IMG/VR virus record: IMGVR_UViG_2706794678_000002
Length of the DNA: 16,789 nucleotides
Reading direction: 5' to 3' (one strand)
Source: a virus
Lineage: Duplodnaviria > Heunggongvirae > Uroviricota > Caudoviricetes
The first letter of the stretch is position 1; the number at the start of each line of letters is the position of its first letter. The notes below the pieces were generated by a model. The model ran no database searches. It saw only the letters and a program-made list of their open reading frames with translations, and had not been told where the DNA came from. The position numbers were made by a program, and so were the translations under genes. Below, piece by piece: positions 1 through 8,436 of the stretch.

Positions 1-85
1 CATCGATCACACTCAGCAGCTGCGTGGACTTCAGGTTGTCCTTCGCTTCGCGCGGGGTATGCCCCTTACTGCTGCCTTTACCCAT
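1..85 (-). CDS. J: Tail tip fibre / host-specificity protein J, N-terminal 28 codons only (gene continues beyond the left edge)
   Basis: Minus-strand ATG at 85-83 followed by MGKGSSKGHTPREAKDNLKSTQLLSVID, which matches the lambda gpJ N-terminus as I recall it; lies immediately downstream of I as in lambda. Confidence 0.8.
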   Translation of the reverse strand, partial: MGKGSSKGHTPREAKDNLKSTQLLSVID

Positions 86-145
86 TCGTCATGCTCCATA
101 AACGATAAAACCGCCCGGAGGCGATTTCACATAAAACATTTTGCA

Positions 146-817
146 TCAGCGACCAATCACCACAACCTGACCACCGTCCCCTTCGTCTGCCGTGCTGATC
201 TCCTGAGATACCACACGTGACCCCACGCGCATTTCACCATACAGAACAGGCATAACATTGCCCTGGGCAACCATGTTATCCAGTGAGGAGAAATAGGTGT
301 TCTGCTTACCGTTATCCGTTGTCTGTGTGCGGGGAGTTCTGGCTTTCGGTGCCAGCATCTGAGCCACACCGCCGAGCACCATACTGGCACCGAGAGAAAA
401 CAGAATGCCGGTCATACCACCGGCACCAATGGCAGCCCCCCATGCTGCAAGGGTGGCTCCGGCGGTAAAGAATGATCCGGCAATGGCGGCTGCTCCCAGG
501 ACAATCTGGAATACACCACCTGACTTGGCCCCGGCGACTCTGGGAACAATATGAATCACAGCGCCGTCAGGCAGAGCCTCATGTAACTGTGCCGTTAATC
601 CGGACGTGCTAACATCCTGCCCGGCAATACGCACCTGATACCAGCCGTCGCTCAGCTTCTGACGAAACGCAGGGAGCTGTGTGGCCATCGCCCGGATGGC
701 TTCGGCACCCGTTTTCACACGAAGGTCGATGCGGCGGCCAAATCGTTGCAAATCCCCGTAAAGGCAGATGCGTGCCATGCCCGGTGACGCCAGAGGGAGT
801 GTGTGCGTCGCTGCCAT
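146..817 (-). CDS. I: Tail tip assembly protein I (223 aa)
   Basis: ORF-track 223-aa product MAATHTLPLASPGMARICLYGDLQRF...; length and sequence match lambda gpI from recall; ATG at 817-815, stop TGA at 148-146; position between K and J. Confidence 0.9.
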   Translation of the reverse strand: MAATHTLPLASPGMARICLYGDLQRFGRRIDLRVKTGAEAIRAMATQLPAFRQKLSDGWYQVRIAGQDVSTSGLTAQLHEALPDGAVIHIVPRVAGAKSGGVFQIVLGAAAIAGSFFTAGATLAAWGAAIGAGGMTGILFSLGASMVLGGVAQMLAPKARTPRTQTTDNGKQNTYFSSLDNMVAQGNVMPVLYGEMRVGSRVVSQEISTADEGDGGQVVVIGR

Positions 818-1458
818 TTGTCGGTATACCTCTCTCGTTTGCTCAGTTGTTCAGGAATATGGTGCAGCAGCTCGCCATCACCACAGTAAATGGCGGCATG
901 ATTCGGCACCGATGAACCAAAACAGCACAGCAGCACATCGCCCGGCTGCGCCGCTGACAACGGCACCTGATACAGCCCTGTGGCCTCCAGATTATCCAGA
1001 TAGAGATTCTGACCGTGACGCCACCAGTCATCCTCACGATGAAAATCCGGCATCTCAATCCCCGCCAGATGGTAAGCATCCCGGAACAGCGTGTAACAGT
1101 CCGTCACCCCGTGCTCAAAGCGCCGCCCGGTAAGATGTGGCACACAGCGGAACTTGTGAATCGCCCCCCGGCAGACCAGCCACCACGGCAAATCACTCTG
1201 CACCTGCAGCCGCCGGTCGGCCTCACTCAGCCAGGGCAGACCACCGGGGTGGCTGTGGACCAGTGCCACAATCTCACCCTGCATCTCTGCCTGCAGCCAG
1301 TCTTCCGGCGACATACGGAAATACGCCTCCGGCTCACCGGAGATATTCACGCAGGGGAAATATCTTTCCCCCTCCGGCGTTCTTACCACGAAGCCGCACG
1401 ACTCCGCTGGAGCACATCGCCGGGCGTGCGCCAGAATCGCTGATTCTGTCTCTGTCAT
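715..1458 (-). CDS. K: Tail tip assembly protein K, predicted JAB/MPN (JAMM motif HSHPGGxxxxSxxD) plus NlpC/P60-like domains; 247 aa if started at ATG 1458, 199 aa if started at ATG 1314
   Basis: ORF-track 247-aa product; HSHPGGLPWLSEAD JAMM-like motif and an upstream ESCG motif visible in the translation; start at 1458 lies 5 nt after the L stop (translational coupling), while the alternative ATG at 1314 has a GGAGG about 11 nt upstream. The 3-prime end overlaps the I start by 103 nt. Confidence 0.8.
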   Translation of the reverse strand: MTETESAILAHARRCAPAESCGFVVRTPEGERYFPCVNISGEPEAYFRMSPEDWLQAEMQGEIVALVHSHPGGLPWLSEADRRLQVQSDLPWWLVCRGAIHKFRCVPHLTGRRFEHGVTDCYTLFRDAYHLAGIEMPDFHREDDWWRHGQNLYLDNLEATGLYQVPLSAAQPGDVLLCCFGSSVPNHAAIYCGDGELLHHIPEQLSKRERYTDKWQRRTHSLWRHRAWHASAFTGICNDLAAASTFV

Positions 1459-1463
1459 GGGAT

Positions 1464-2162
1464 TTACTGCGAAAGTTTGTTAATGGAAAGGAAGCCGCCA
1501 AAGTTGCCGACGTTATTGCGAAACTTACAGCCACTCAGGCATTTGCTGCATTTATCCTTCGTGATGTCGGACGTTGGCTGGTCATATTCATCCGCGACCG
1601 CCGGACCGTGATAACCGCACTCATCGCCGCGATAGGTCCAGGTGCAGGTGTTGGCCAGCATGATACGTCCCGGAAAAACAGCGCCATCTGTTTCCGTCGG
1701 CGTGGACAGTACAAAAGAGGCACTCACCGCGCTCAGTTCGCTGCACTGCTCAATGCGCCAGCGGCTGATCACCTCCTGCTCCGGATCGGCGTCACTGTTT
1801 CCGTTGACGAAGTTCACCGCATCCAGAAAACGGGCGTAAACCTTACGCCGGACCACCGTTCCGCCGACCAGACTCTGTAGATCTTCCGCCATCCCGGTGA
1901 CCATACCGTACAGGTTAGAAACCATCAGCGTGGGGCGCGTACTGGTGCCTTTGCCATTCAGTTCAAAACCACTCCCCTGAATGGGATACGGCTGATACTG
2001 TCGCCCCTGCCAGGTGACCGGCTCACCTTTTTCGTTCTGCTCATTACAGAAAAAATAACGTTCTCCACCGACCTCTGTCAGATCGATTTCCCAGAGCACC
2101 ACGCTGGCCGACTGCTCCGCACGGGTGCATTCATTCAGTGTTTCCTGCCGGATATCCTGCAT
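1464..2162 (-). CDS. L: Tail tip assembly protein L (232 aa), C-terminal cysteine cluster
   Basis: ORF-track 232-aa product MQDIRQETLNECTRAEQSASVVLWEIDL...; matches lambda gpL in length and sequence from recall; ATG at 2162-2160 shares one base with the M stop codon (TGATG). Confidence 0.92.
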   Translation of the reverse strand: MQDIRQETLNECTRAEQSASVVLWEIDLTEVGGERYFFCNEQNEKGEPVTWQGRQYQPYPIQGSGFELNGKGTSTRPTLMVSNLYGMVTGMAEDLQSLVGGTVVRRKVYARFLDAVNFVNGNSDADPEQEVISRWRIEQCSELSAVSASFVLSTPTETDGAVFPGRIMLANTCTWTYRGDECGYHGPAVADEYDQPTSDITKDKCSKCLSGCKFRNNVGNFGGFLSINKLSQ

Positions 2163-2491
2163 CAGTTCACCACCTGTTCAAACTCTGCGCTGAACTCAAC
2201 ACGCAGCATACTGACCCGCGACGACCATTTTGCGCAGGTCACCTTTATCTGCCGCCACTCATAAGGCGGCGTCCACAGAAAGGCTTTCCAGCCCCCGTGC
2301 TCTTCCAGAAACGACTCCAGTACCATGGCCTCCTCACGGGGGACAGAAAGCGTCACGCTGTACGTTTTCAGGTTGGCATTCAGCCCGGCAGGCGCTCGCT
2401 GGGAATAGCCATCACCAAAGCGCACCTTTCTTACAGAAGGGGCCGAAGCCACATCCATACCGGGTTTCACTTTCCAGCGGAAGGTTTTCAT
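2162..2491 (-). CDS. M: Minor tail protein M (109 aa)
   Basis: ORF-track 109-aa product MKTFRWKVKPGMDVASAPSVRKV...; matches lambda gpM; start ATG overlaps the H stop (ATGA). Confidence 0.92.
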   Translation of the reverse strand: MKTFRWKVKPGMDVASAPSVRKVRFGDGYSQRAPAGLNANLKTYSVTLSVPREEAMVLESFLEEHGGWKAFLWTPPYEWRQIKVTCAKWSSRVSMLRVEFSAEFEQVVN

Positions 2492-5055
2492 CGTCCACCT
2501 CCGGAGAACAGGCCACCATCACGCATCTGTGTCTGAATTTCATCACGGGCACCCTTGCGGGCCATGTCATACACGGCCTTCATCATCTGTGGACCTGGCA
2601 GACCATTCGTACCGTCGTTCTGAATCACCACGTGATTGTTCTGATTAAAATTAATGCCTTCAGCCCGCCGCATCTGCGCCGGACTTCCGGCACCGCCCAC
2701 ATAACCACCTTCCGCATAGCCGCGCATCAGCCGGTAGAGATTCCCCACGCCAATCCGGCTGGTTGCCTCCTTCGTGAAGACAAATTCACCACGGTGAACA
2801 ATCCCNNNNNNNNNNNNNNNNNNNNNNNNNNNNNNNNNNNNNNNNNNNNNNNNNNNNNNNNNNNNNNNNNNNNNNNNNNNNNNNNNNNNNNNNNNNNNNN
2901 NNNNNNNNNNNNNNNNNNNNNNNNNNNNNNNNNNNNNNNNNNNNNNNNNNNNNNNNNNNNNNNNNNNNNNNNNNNNNNNNNNNNNNNNNNNNNNNNNNNN
3001 NNNNNNNNNNNNNNNNNNNNNNNNNNNNNNNNNNNNNNNNNNNNNNNNNNNNNNNNNNNNNNNNTGTGCAATACCATCAAAGGTCTGCGTGGCTGCACTT
3101 TTAACCTGTGACATACTGTCCGTGGCGCTCTCTTCCCACTCACTCCAGCCGGACTTCAGGCCTGCCATCCAGCTCCCGCGAAGCTGGTCTTCAGCCGCCC
3201 AGGTCTTTTTCTGCTCTGACATGACGTTATTCAGCGCCAGAGGATTATCGCCATACTGTTCCTTCAGGCGCTGTTCCGTGGCTTCCCGCGCTGCCTGCCG
3301 GTCAGTCAGCCCCCGGTTTTTCGCATCAATGGCTGCCCGTTTTGCCCGTTGCTGCTGTGCGAATTTATCCGCCTGCTGCGCCAGCGCATTCAGGTGCTCC
3401 TGATACGTAACCTTGTCACCAAGTGCAGCCAGCTGGCGTTTGTACTCCAGCGTCTCGTCTTTATGCGCCAGCAGGGATTTCTCCTGTGCGGACAGCTGGC
3501 GACGTTGTGCCGCCTCCTCCAGTACCGCGAACTGACTTTCTGCCTTCCACAAATCCCGGCGCTGCTGGCTGATTTTCTCATTCGCTCCGGCATGCTTCTC
3601 CAGCGTCCGGAGTTCTGCCTGAAGCGTCAGCAGGGCCGCATGAGCACTGTCTTCCTGACGATCGCCCGCATACACCTTCACGCCGGACTGTTTCGGCTTT
3701 TTCAGCGTCGCTTCATAATCCTTTTTCGCCGCCGCCATCAGCGTGTTGTAATCTGCCTGCAGGATTTTTCCGTCTTTCAGTGCCTTGTTCAGTTCTTCCT
3801 GACGGGCGGTATATTTCTCCAGCGGCGTCTGCAGCCGTTCGTAAGCCTTCTGCGCCTCTTCGGTATATTTCAGCCGTGACGCTTCGGTATCGCTCTGCTG
3901 CTGCGCATTTTTGTCCTGTTGACGCTGTTGATCTACCCTCTTTTGGGCTGCATCCCGCTCCAGGCGTTTTTTTTCACGATCATCCCAGTAACGCGCCCGT
4001 GCTTCATCGTTAACGAAATAATCATCCTTGCGCAGATTCCAGATGTCGTCTGCTTTCTTAAACGCAGCCTCTGCCTTAATCAGCATCTCCTGCGCGGTAT
4101 CAGGACGACCAATATCCAGCACCGCATCCCACATGGATTTGAATGCACGTGCAGTCCTGTCTGCCCAGGTCTCCAGCGTGCCCATGTTCTCTTTCAGGCG
4201 GCGGGTCTGGTCATCAAACCCTTTCGTTGCGGCCTCGTTCGCCGCCTGCAATGCCCCGGCTTCATCGCCGGAACGCTGCAACTGAGCAACATACGCAATC
4301 TGCTCCGCCGTCACGTTATGGAACTGGCGTGCCATCGCCGTCAGCCCCGACGTCGGGTCTGTGGTCAGCTTCCCGAAGGCTTCAGCGACCTTGTCCACCT
4401 CCACGCCGGATGCATAGGAGAAACGCGCCACACTCTGGCTGATGGACGCAATCTGAGCCTCACCGCTTACCCCCGCCTTAACCAGTGCGCTGAGTGACTC
4501 GCTGGTCTGGTTAAACGTCAGCCCTGCCGCCTGCCCGGCTCTGGACAGGACCAGCATACGATCTGCCGTCAGTCCCGCCTGATTACCGGAAAGGACCAGC
4601 GTTTTGTTGAAATCGGACAGGGTTGAGTTGCCCTGATACCAGGCATACGCCAGCGCACCGGTCGCCACCGCCAGCGAGGTGGCCCCCACCATCGGCAGGG
4701 TGATCGCGCCGGCAAGCCCCCTGAACATGGGGATCATCCCGCCGAAGGAGTCCTTAACCTGACCACCCTGTTGCAGCAGGATCAGCCAGGGATTCTGCCC
4801 CCCTGCAAGCTGCGTGGCCACGTCGGTGAACTGTGCAGGCAGCATACGCATGGCGGCTTTATACTGCCCGACGGAAATCCCCGCTTTCTGTGCAGCCAGC
4901 GCCTGTCGGCTCAGCGACTGTTCAACGACTGCCGCTGTTTTTTTCGCATCACTTTCCGTACCGGAAAAATGACGCCTGACTCTGGCCATCTGCTCGTCAA
5001 ATCTGGCCGCATCCAGACTCAAATCAACGACCAGATCGCCTACCGGTTCAGCCAT
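2488..5055 (-). CDS. H: Tail tape measure protein H (about 855 codons including an unresolved N-run)
   Basis: ORF-track 855-aa product MAEPVGDLVVDLSLDAARFDEQMARVRRHF... with long coiled-coil-like Ala/Gln/Lys/Glu-rich middle; lambda gpH is 853 aa as I recall; position between G-T and M. Interrupted by N-run 2806-3064, so exact length is uncertain. Confidence 0.9.
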   Translation of the reverse strand: MAEPVGDLVVDLSLDAARFDEQMARVRRHFSGTESDAKKTAAVVEQSLSRQALAAQKAGISVGQYKAAMRMLPAQFTDVATQLAGGQNPWLILLQQGGQVKDSFGGMIPMFRGLAGAITLPMVGATSLAVATGALAYAWYQGNSTLSDFNKTLVLSGNQAGLTADRMLVLSRAGQAAGLTFNQTSESLSALVKAGVSGEAQIASISQSVARFSYASGVEVDKVAEAFGKLTTDPTSGLTAMARQFHNVTAEQIAYVAQLQRSGDEAGALQAANEAATKGFDDQTRRLKENMGTLETWADRTARAFKSMWDAVLDIGRPDTAQEMLIKAEAAFKKADDIWNLRKDDYFVNDEARARYWDDREKKRLERDAAQKRVDQQRQQDKNAQQQSDTEASRLKYTEEAQKAYERLQTPLEKYTARQEELNKALKDGKILQADYNTLMAAAKKDYEATLKKPKQSGVKVYAGDRQEDSAHAALLTLQAELRTLEKHAGANEKISQQRRDLWKAESQFAVLEEAAQRRQLSAQEKSLLAHKDETLEYKRQLAALGDKVTYQEHLNALAQQADKFAQQQRAKRAAIDAKNRGLTDRQAAREATEQRLKEQYGDNPLALNNVMSEQKKTWAAEDQLRGSWMAGLKSGWSEWEESATDSMSQVKSAATQTFDGIAXXXXXXXXXXXXXXXXXXXXXXXXXXXXXXXXXXXXXXXXXXXXXXXXXXXXXXXXXXXXXXXXXXXXXXXXXXXXXXXXXXXXXXXGIVHRGEFVFTKEATSRIGVGNLYRLMRGYAEGGYVGGAGSPAQMRRAEGINFNQNNHVVIQNDGTNGLPGPQMMKAVYDMARKGARDEIQTQMRDGGLFSGGGR
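2806..3064. other. Run of 259 N (unresolved sequence / assembly gap) inside gene H
   Basis: Directly visible in the sequence. Confidence 1.
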
Positions 5056-5886
5056 ACCGGACTCCTCCTGCGATCCCTTCTGATACTGTCATCAGCATTA
5101 CGTCATCCTCCGTCATGTCCGCCACATCCGGGGAAGCGGGGATAACTTCATTCCCGTCCGGGCCAAAGCGGACACCTCCGGCAAGCCCTGCCGCTTTCTG
5201 CATCAGCACATCATCTTCAGGCTCTTCGTCAGCCTCGCGCCGGTTCAGCAGACTGAAATCCAGCGGATGCATCTCCGGATCGCTGAAAAACAGGCTGAGC
5301 ACGGTGTACGTCAGCCCGGAAAAGTGCATATCCAGCAGAACATCATGAAAATAATGGGTACTGTAAAAGCGGTGCCAGTCGGCATACTCCGTGGATGACA
5401 TCCCGGCAAGCATGGCGCGCCAGTCGGGTCGCCCCATCTCACGCGCCAGTTTCAGGGCAAAACTCAGCTCACCGTCGAACACTTTCCCGCAGAAACAGGC
5501 TCTGCAGGCCCGGCGTCCTCTGCCTGTTCAGGAGCATCATTCACCACAAACTCATACATACCGGACAGCCGGTACACCACGTTTTCAGCATGAGAAATTG
5601 CCTCTGTGGGCCAGGTGGTAAGCACTTCCTGCTCAATCTGTTTAACGGCTTCATTCATGGACGGCATCTGCGTCTTCTTCGGATGGTTATGCCACAGGGA
5701 CATCGCAACCACAAAAGCGCCGGTTCTGATGGCGTCTTCCACAGTAAACTTCCGGTTGCTGTCTGACTCCGCCTGTTCTGCCTGCCGTTTCATCAGGTCG
5801 AGATGCTCAATACGCTGCAGGGCTGACAGTTCAGAAAGCGTGACGGTCACACCGTTATGTTCAAATGATTCGGTTTTCAGGAACAT
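5048..5886 (-). CDS. GT: Tail assembly protein G-T fusion produced by programmed -1 ribosomal frameshift (predicted 279 aa)
   Basis: The -1 frame ORF 5048-5482 (T segment, begins ...VFDGELSFALKLAREMG) overlaps the 3-prime end of G; slippery heptamer G GGA AAG sits at 5488-5482 on the minus strand, 6 codons before the G stop. Fusion length 135 + 144 = 279 aa matches lambda gpGT. Confidence 0.85.
5464..5886 (-). CDS. G: Tail assembly chaperone G (140 aa, zero-frame product)
   Basis: ORF-track 140-aa product MFLKTESFEHNGVTVTLSELSALQRIEHLDL...; ATG at 5886-5884 with GGAGAG 8 nt upstream; stop TGA at 5466-5464; matches lambda gpG. Confidence 0.9.
   Translation of the reverse strand: MFLKTESFEHNGVTVTLSELSALQRIEHLDLMKRQAEQAESDSNRKFTVEDAIRTGAFVVAMSLWHNHPKKTQMPSMNEAVKQIEQEVLTTWPTEAISHAENVVYRLSGMYEFVVNDAPEQAEDAGPAEPVSAGKCSTVS
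5482..5488 (-). other. Slippery heptanucleotide GGGAAAG (X XXY YYZ) for the G to T -1 frameshift
   Basis: Plus strand reads CTTTCCC at 5482-5488; on the minus strand this is G GGA AAG in the G frame, followed by GTG TTC GAC in the -1 frame. Confidence 0.85.
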
Positions 5887-5901
5887 CGCTGACTCTCCGG
5901 A

Positions 5902-6642
5902 TTAACTGGCGGTGACGTTGATTTCTGCAACCGCAGCAAACTCACCATTACCAGATACGACCGGAATGTTGACCTTGCCTGCAGCAACACCTTTCACGGT
6001 GATGGTCATACCACTGACCGACACGGTGGCTTTTGTTTTATCCGCAGACACCGCACGGAAGCTCTTGTCGGTTGCGCCATCCGGCTGGAATGCCACGGTC
6101 AGCGTGGTGCTCTGCCCTTTCACTACGGAAGCACTGGCGGGTGTCACCGTCATGCCGGTCGTCGCCGTCACCGTGCTGCGATCTTCTGCCATCGACGGAC
6201 GTCCCACATTGGTGACCTTCACCGTGCGGGTAATCACCTCCTTCGCCGTCACCGCCTTACCGATACTGCTGACCCAGCCACGGAACACATCGACCGTGCC
6301 GTTCGGGAAGCGGATTTTATAGGCACGGGTATCACCTTCATTAAACCACGCCAGCAGCGCCTGCTGCCCCTGCTCTCCGGGCATCCACGCCAGCGTGAAG
6401 CTGGTATCTCCGGCAGATTTCTGCCCCTGCCCGGTCGCAGTCCAGTCTGCATCTTCATCATCGAGATAGCTGTCGTCATAGGACTCAGCGGTCAGTTCGC
6501 CGGGCGTCAGGTCTTTAACTTTTGCCAGACGCGACCAGTCAACGTCTGAAAGCGGGTTCGCATAAGGGTCACCGCTCCCCTTATAAACCCACAGGGTGGT
6601 CCCGGCACCTTTCACCGGCATTGTAGGATTTGGTACAGGCAT
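5902..6642 (-). CDS. V: Major tail tube protein V (246 aa) with C-terminal Ig-like domain
   Basis: ORF-track product contains [22 protein letters not shown]...; start chosen at ATG 6642-6640 (GAGGA 5 nt upstream, overlapping the U stop) rather than the upstream ATG at 6672; 246 aa matches lambda gpV. Confidence 0.9.
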   Translation of the reverse strand: MPVPNPTMPVKGAGTTLWVYKGSGDPYANPLSDVDWSRLAKVKDLTPGELTAESYDDSYLDDEDADWTATGQGQKSAGDTSFTLAWMPGEQGQQALLAWFNEGDTRAYKIRFPNGTVDVFRGWVSSIGKAVTAKEVITRTVKVTNVGRPSMAEDRSTVTATTGMTVTPASASVVKGQSTTLTVAFQPDGATDKSFRAVSADKTKATVSVSGMTITVKGVAAGKVNIPVVSGNGEFAAVAEINVTAS

Positions 6643-6649
6643 AGCGTCC

Positions 6650-7045
6650 TCACATTTCATAGATAATGACATAAGTCAGATCGGCTGAACTCCACAGGCC
6701 CGCATCATCGTCGCGCCGGTAGTCATAGCCGCTGGCCACCATACTGGTGATCAAATCTGACAGTGCCGGGATATCGCTCATCACAGGATAAATCCGGGAC
6801 TCCATCCACGAATCCAGCTCTGAATCCGGCACCTGAGCAGGCAGGAAAACTTCAATATGCAGCTCCGCCTGCCAGGTATCGCTGTCCAGCTCTTCGCCCG
6901 TGTATTCAGCGCCGGTGAGATAAACGGCAATTGCCGGAAAATCTTCCTCATCAAAAACAGCGGGGCGACCATCAAAAAGCGTCGCCCCGGTGTCATGCTT
7001 CTCCAGTGCATCCAGTACGGCTGCACGGAGTTCAGTATGTTTCAT
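6650..7045 (-). CDS. U: Tail tube terminator protein U (131 aa)
   Basis: ORF-track 131-aa product [26 protein letters not shown]...; start overlaps Z stop (ATGA); matches lambda gpU. Confidence 0.92.
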   Translation of the reverse strand: MKHTELRAAVLDALEKHDTGATLFDGRPAVFDEEDFPAIAVYLTGAEYTGEELDSDTWQAELHIEVFLPAQVPDSELDSWMESRIYPVMSDIPALSDLITSMVASGYDYRRDDDAGLWSSADLTYVIIYEM

Positions 7046-7620
7046 CGCTTTATTACCATTCTCAGTTGATGCTGCAGCGCATAGCCCAGCTCTTTCGGAA
7101 GACGTTCACGCCGTATCCGTTCAATATTCTGTTTAAACGCCGTGGTCAGCGGCACCGCCATCGGGATTTTCACCACATCAATGGGGTAACGGTTTTTCCC
7201 GGCCACACGCTGCATAACATGCCACCGGCCGTTTTTCAGTTGCTGAATAAACGCGCCGGGAATACGACGGTTACCCACCACAAGCACGCTGCCGCCACCT
7301 TTCAGGGATGAACGCTGCCCCTTTTTATGACGCCTGCGGCGGGACAGGACAACCCGCGCATTACCCAGCTTGATTACGGGCAAATCCCCCCGGTTAACTT
7401 TGATTCTGGCCTGCGGATTTTTGACCGTGGCCCTTTTCAGCCTGGCCCTTTCCTTTACCAGTTTCCGGCGTACCTTTGTCTCACGGGCAACCTGTGACGC
7501 AGACTGCGATATCGCGGATGAAGCAACGCGGTTAATGGCCATTGCGGCGGCACCGGGCACCGCCGTTTTGCTGATACGGCTGAGGTTTTCAACGGCCTGC
7601 TCAAGACCTTTTATGGCCAT
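7042..7620 (-). CDS. Z: Tail completion protein Z (192 aa)
   Basis: ORF-track 192-aa product MAIKGLEQAVENLSRISKTAVPG...; AGGGGG Shine-Dalgarno 5 nt upstream of ATG 7620; matches lambda gpZ. Confidence 0.92.
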   Translation of the reverse strand: MAIKGLEQAVENLSRISKTAVPGAAAMAINRVASSAISQSASQVARETKVRRKLVKERARLKRATVKNPQARIKVNRGDLPVIKLGNARVVLSRRRRHKKGQRSSLKGGGSVLVVGNRRIPGAFIQQLKNGRWHVMQRVAGKNRYPIDVVKIPMAVPLTTAFKQNIERIRRERLPKELGYALQHQLRMVIKR

Positions 7621-7631
7621 ACATCCCCCTT

Positions 7632-7985
7632 TCAGCGGCGACGGTTAACGGCAGGCGGTACGCCCCGTCCAAGCCAGAGATGACAACTTCCGCCATCATC
7701 CGGCGAAACCCGATCTACCCAGAAATTTTCCTCACCGATGGTCAGCGTGTCTCCACGCCGCAGCTGCCGCACCTCATCAGTCCGGACAAACAGGGACGGG
7801 CTGGAGCCTTCAACGCGCACGCCCTGTCCGGCATAGCTGATATTTTCAGGGTCATCAAAAACACCACGTATCACCGCACCTGACTGCTCACCGGATGTCA
7901 TGGTGGCTGACGTTCCCATGTACCCGCGTATCGTTTCATCGGCGCGGGCAATGGCAGCATCGAACAGGTTATCGAAATCAGCCAC
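7632..7985 (-). CDS. FII: Head-tail connector (head completion) protein FII (117 aa), GTG start
   Basis: ORF-track 117-aa product MADFDNLFDAAIARADETIRGYMG...; start codon is GTG (plus strand CAC at 7983-7985) with GGGAGG 5 nt upstream; matches lambda gpFII. Confidence 0.9.
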   Translation of the reverse strand: MADFDNLFDAAIARADETIRGYMGTSATMTSGEQSGAVIRGVFDDPENISYAGQGVRVEGSSPSLFVRTDEVRQLRRGDTLTIGEENFWVDRVSPDDGGSCHLWLGRGVPPAVNRRR

Positions 7986-7996
7986 AGCGCCTCCCG

Positions 7997-8395
7997 TTAT
8001 TGCATTCTGGCCAGGCCGCGCTCTGTCATTTCGGCTGCCACACCGGCAGAGACACGAAACGCCGTTCCCGGCAGCACAAATGCCACAGGTTTATCCCGCG
8101 TGGCGTGAAGTGCATCAGTATGCAGCGTCACCAGTGCCACGACCGTGACCAGTTCAGCCGTATCCTGAATCACGGTATCCGGCTGCGCTGATACCACCTC
8201 ATTTTCATGCCCGGTCAGCACATTTTCCCGGCTGAGAGGGGTGTCCTGACCGGCAGTTTCATCCGTGTCATCAAGCTCTTCTTCCAGCTCTGCCACACGA
8301 AGCGCCAGTTCTTCTTTCGTTCCCGTCAAACTGACATCGCGGTTCAATTGCTCACCCAGCTCCTGAAGACGGGCAATCAGTTCATCTTTCGTCAT
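7997..8395 (-). CDS. FI: DNA-packaging accessory protein FI (132 aa)
   Basis: ORF-track product contains MTKDELIARLQELGEQLNRDVSLTG...; start placed at ATG 8395-8393 (GGAGGAG just upstream) rather than the upstream ATG at 8434; 132 aa matches lambda gpFI. Confidence 0.85.
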   Translation of the reverse strand: MTKDELIARLQELGEQLNRDVSLTGTKEELALRVAELEEELDDTDETAGQDTPLSRENVLTGHENEVVSAQPDTVIQDTAELVTVVALVTLHTDALHATRDKPVAFVLPGTAFRVSAGVAAEMTERGLARMQ

Positions 8396-8436
8396 GAACT
8401 CCTCCACAGAGAGAAAATGGCCCCGAAGGGCCATGA

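Noticed and set aside
86-145. 60-nt I-J intergenic spacer containing a 16-codon mini-ORF
   Set aside because: Too short and without an RBS; most likely just the spacer carrying the J ribosome binding site.
1137-1880. Plus-strand 247-aa ORF antisense to K and L
   Set aside because: Lies entirely opposite well-supported conserved genes; Pro/Arg/Ala/Ser-rich low-complexity translation typical of an antisense frame in GC-rich coding DNA; no RBS evidence.
3349-4497. Plus-strand ORFs (176 aa, 192 aa and others) inside the H gene region
   Set aside because: Antisense to the tape measure gene; Leu/Arg/Cys-rich composition characteristic of reverse-frame artefacts.
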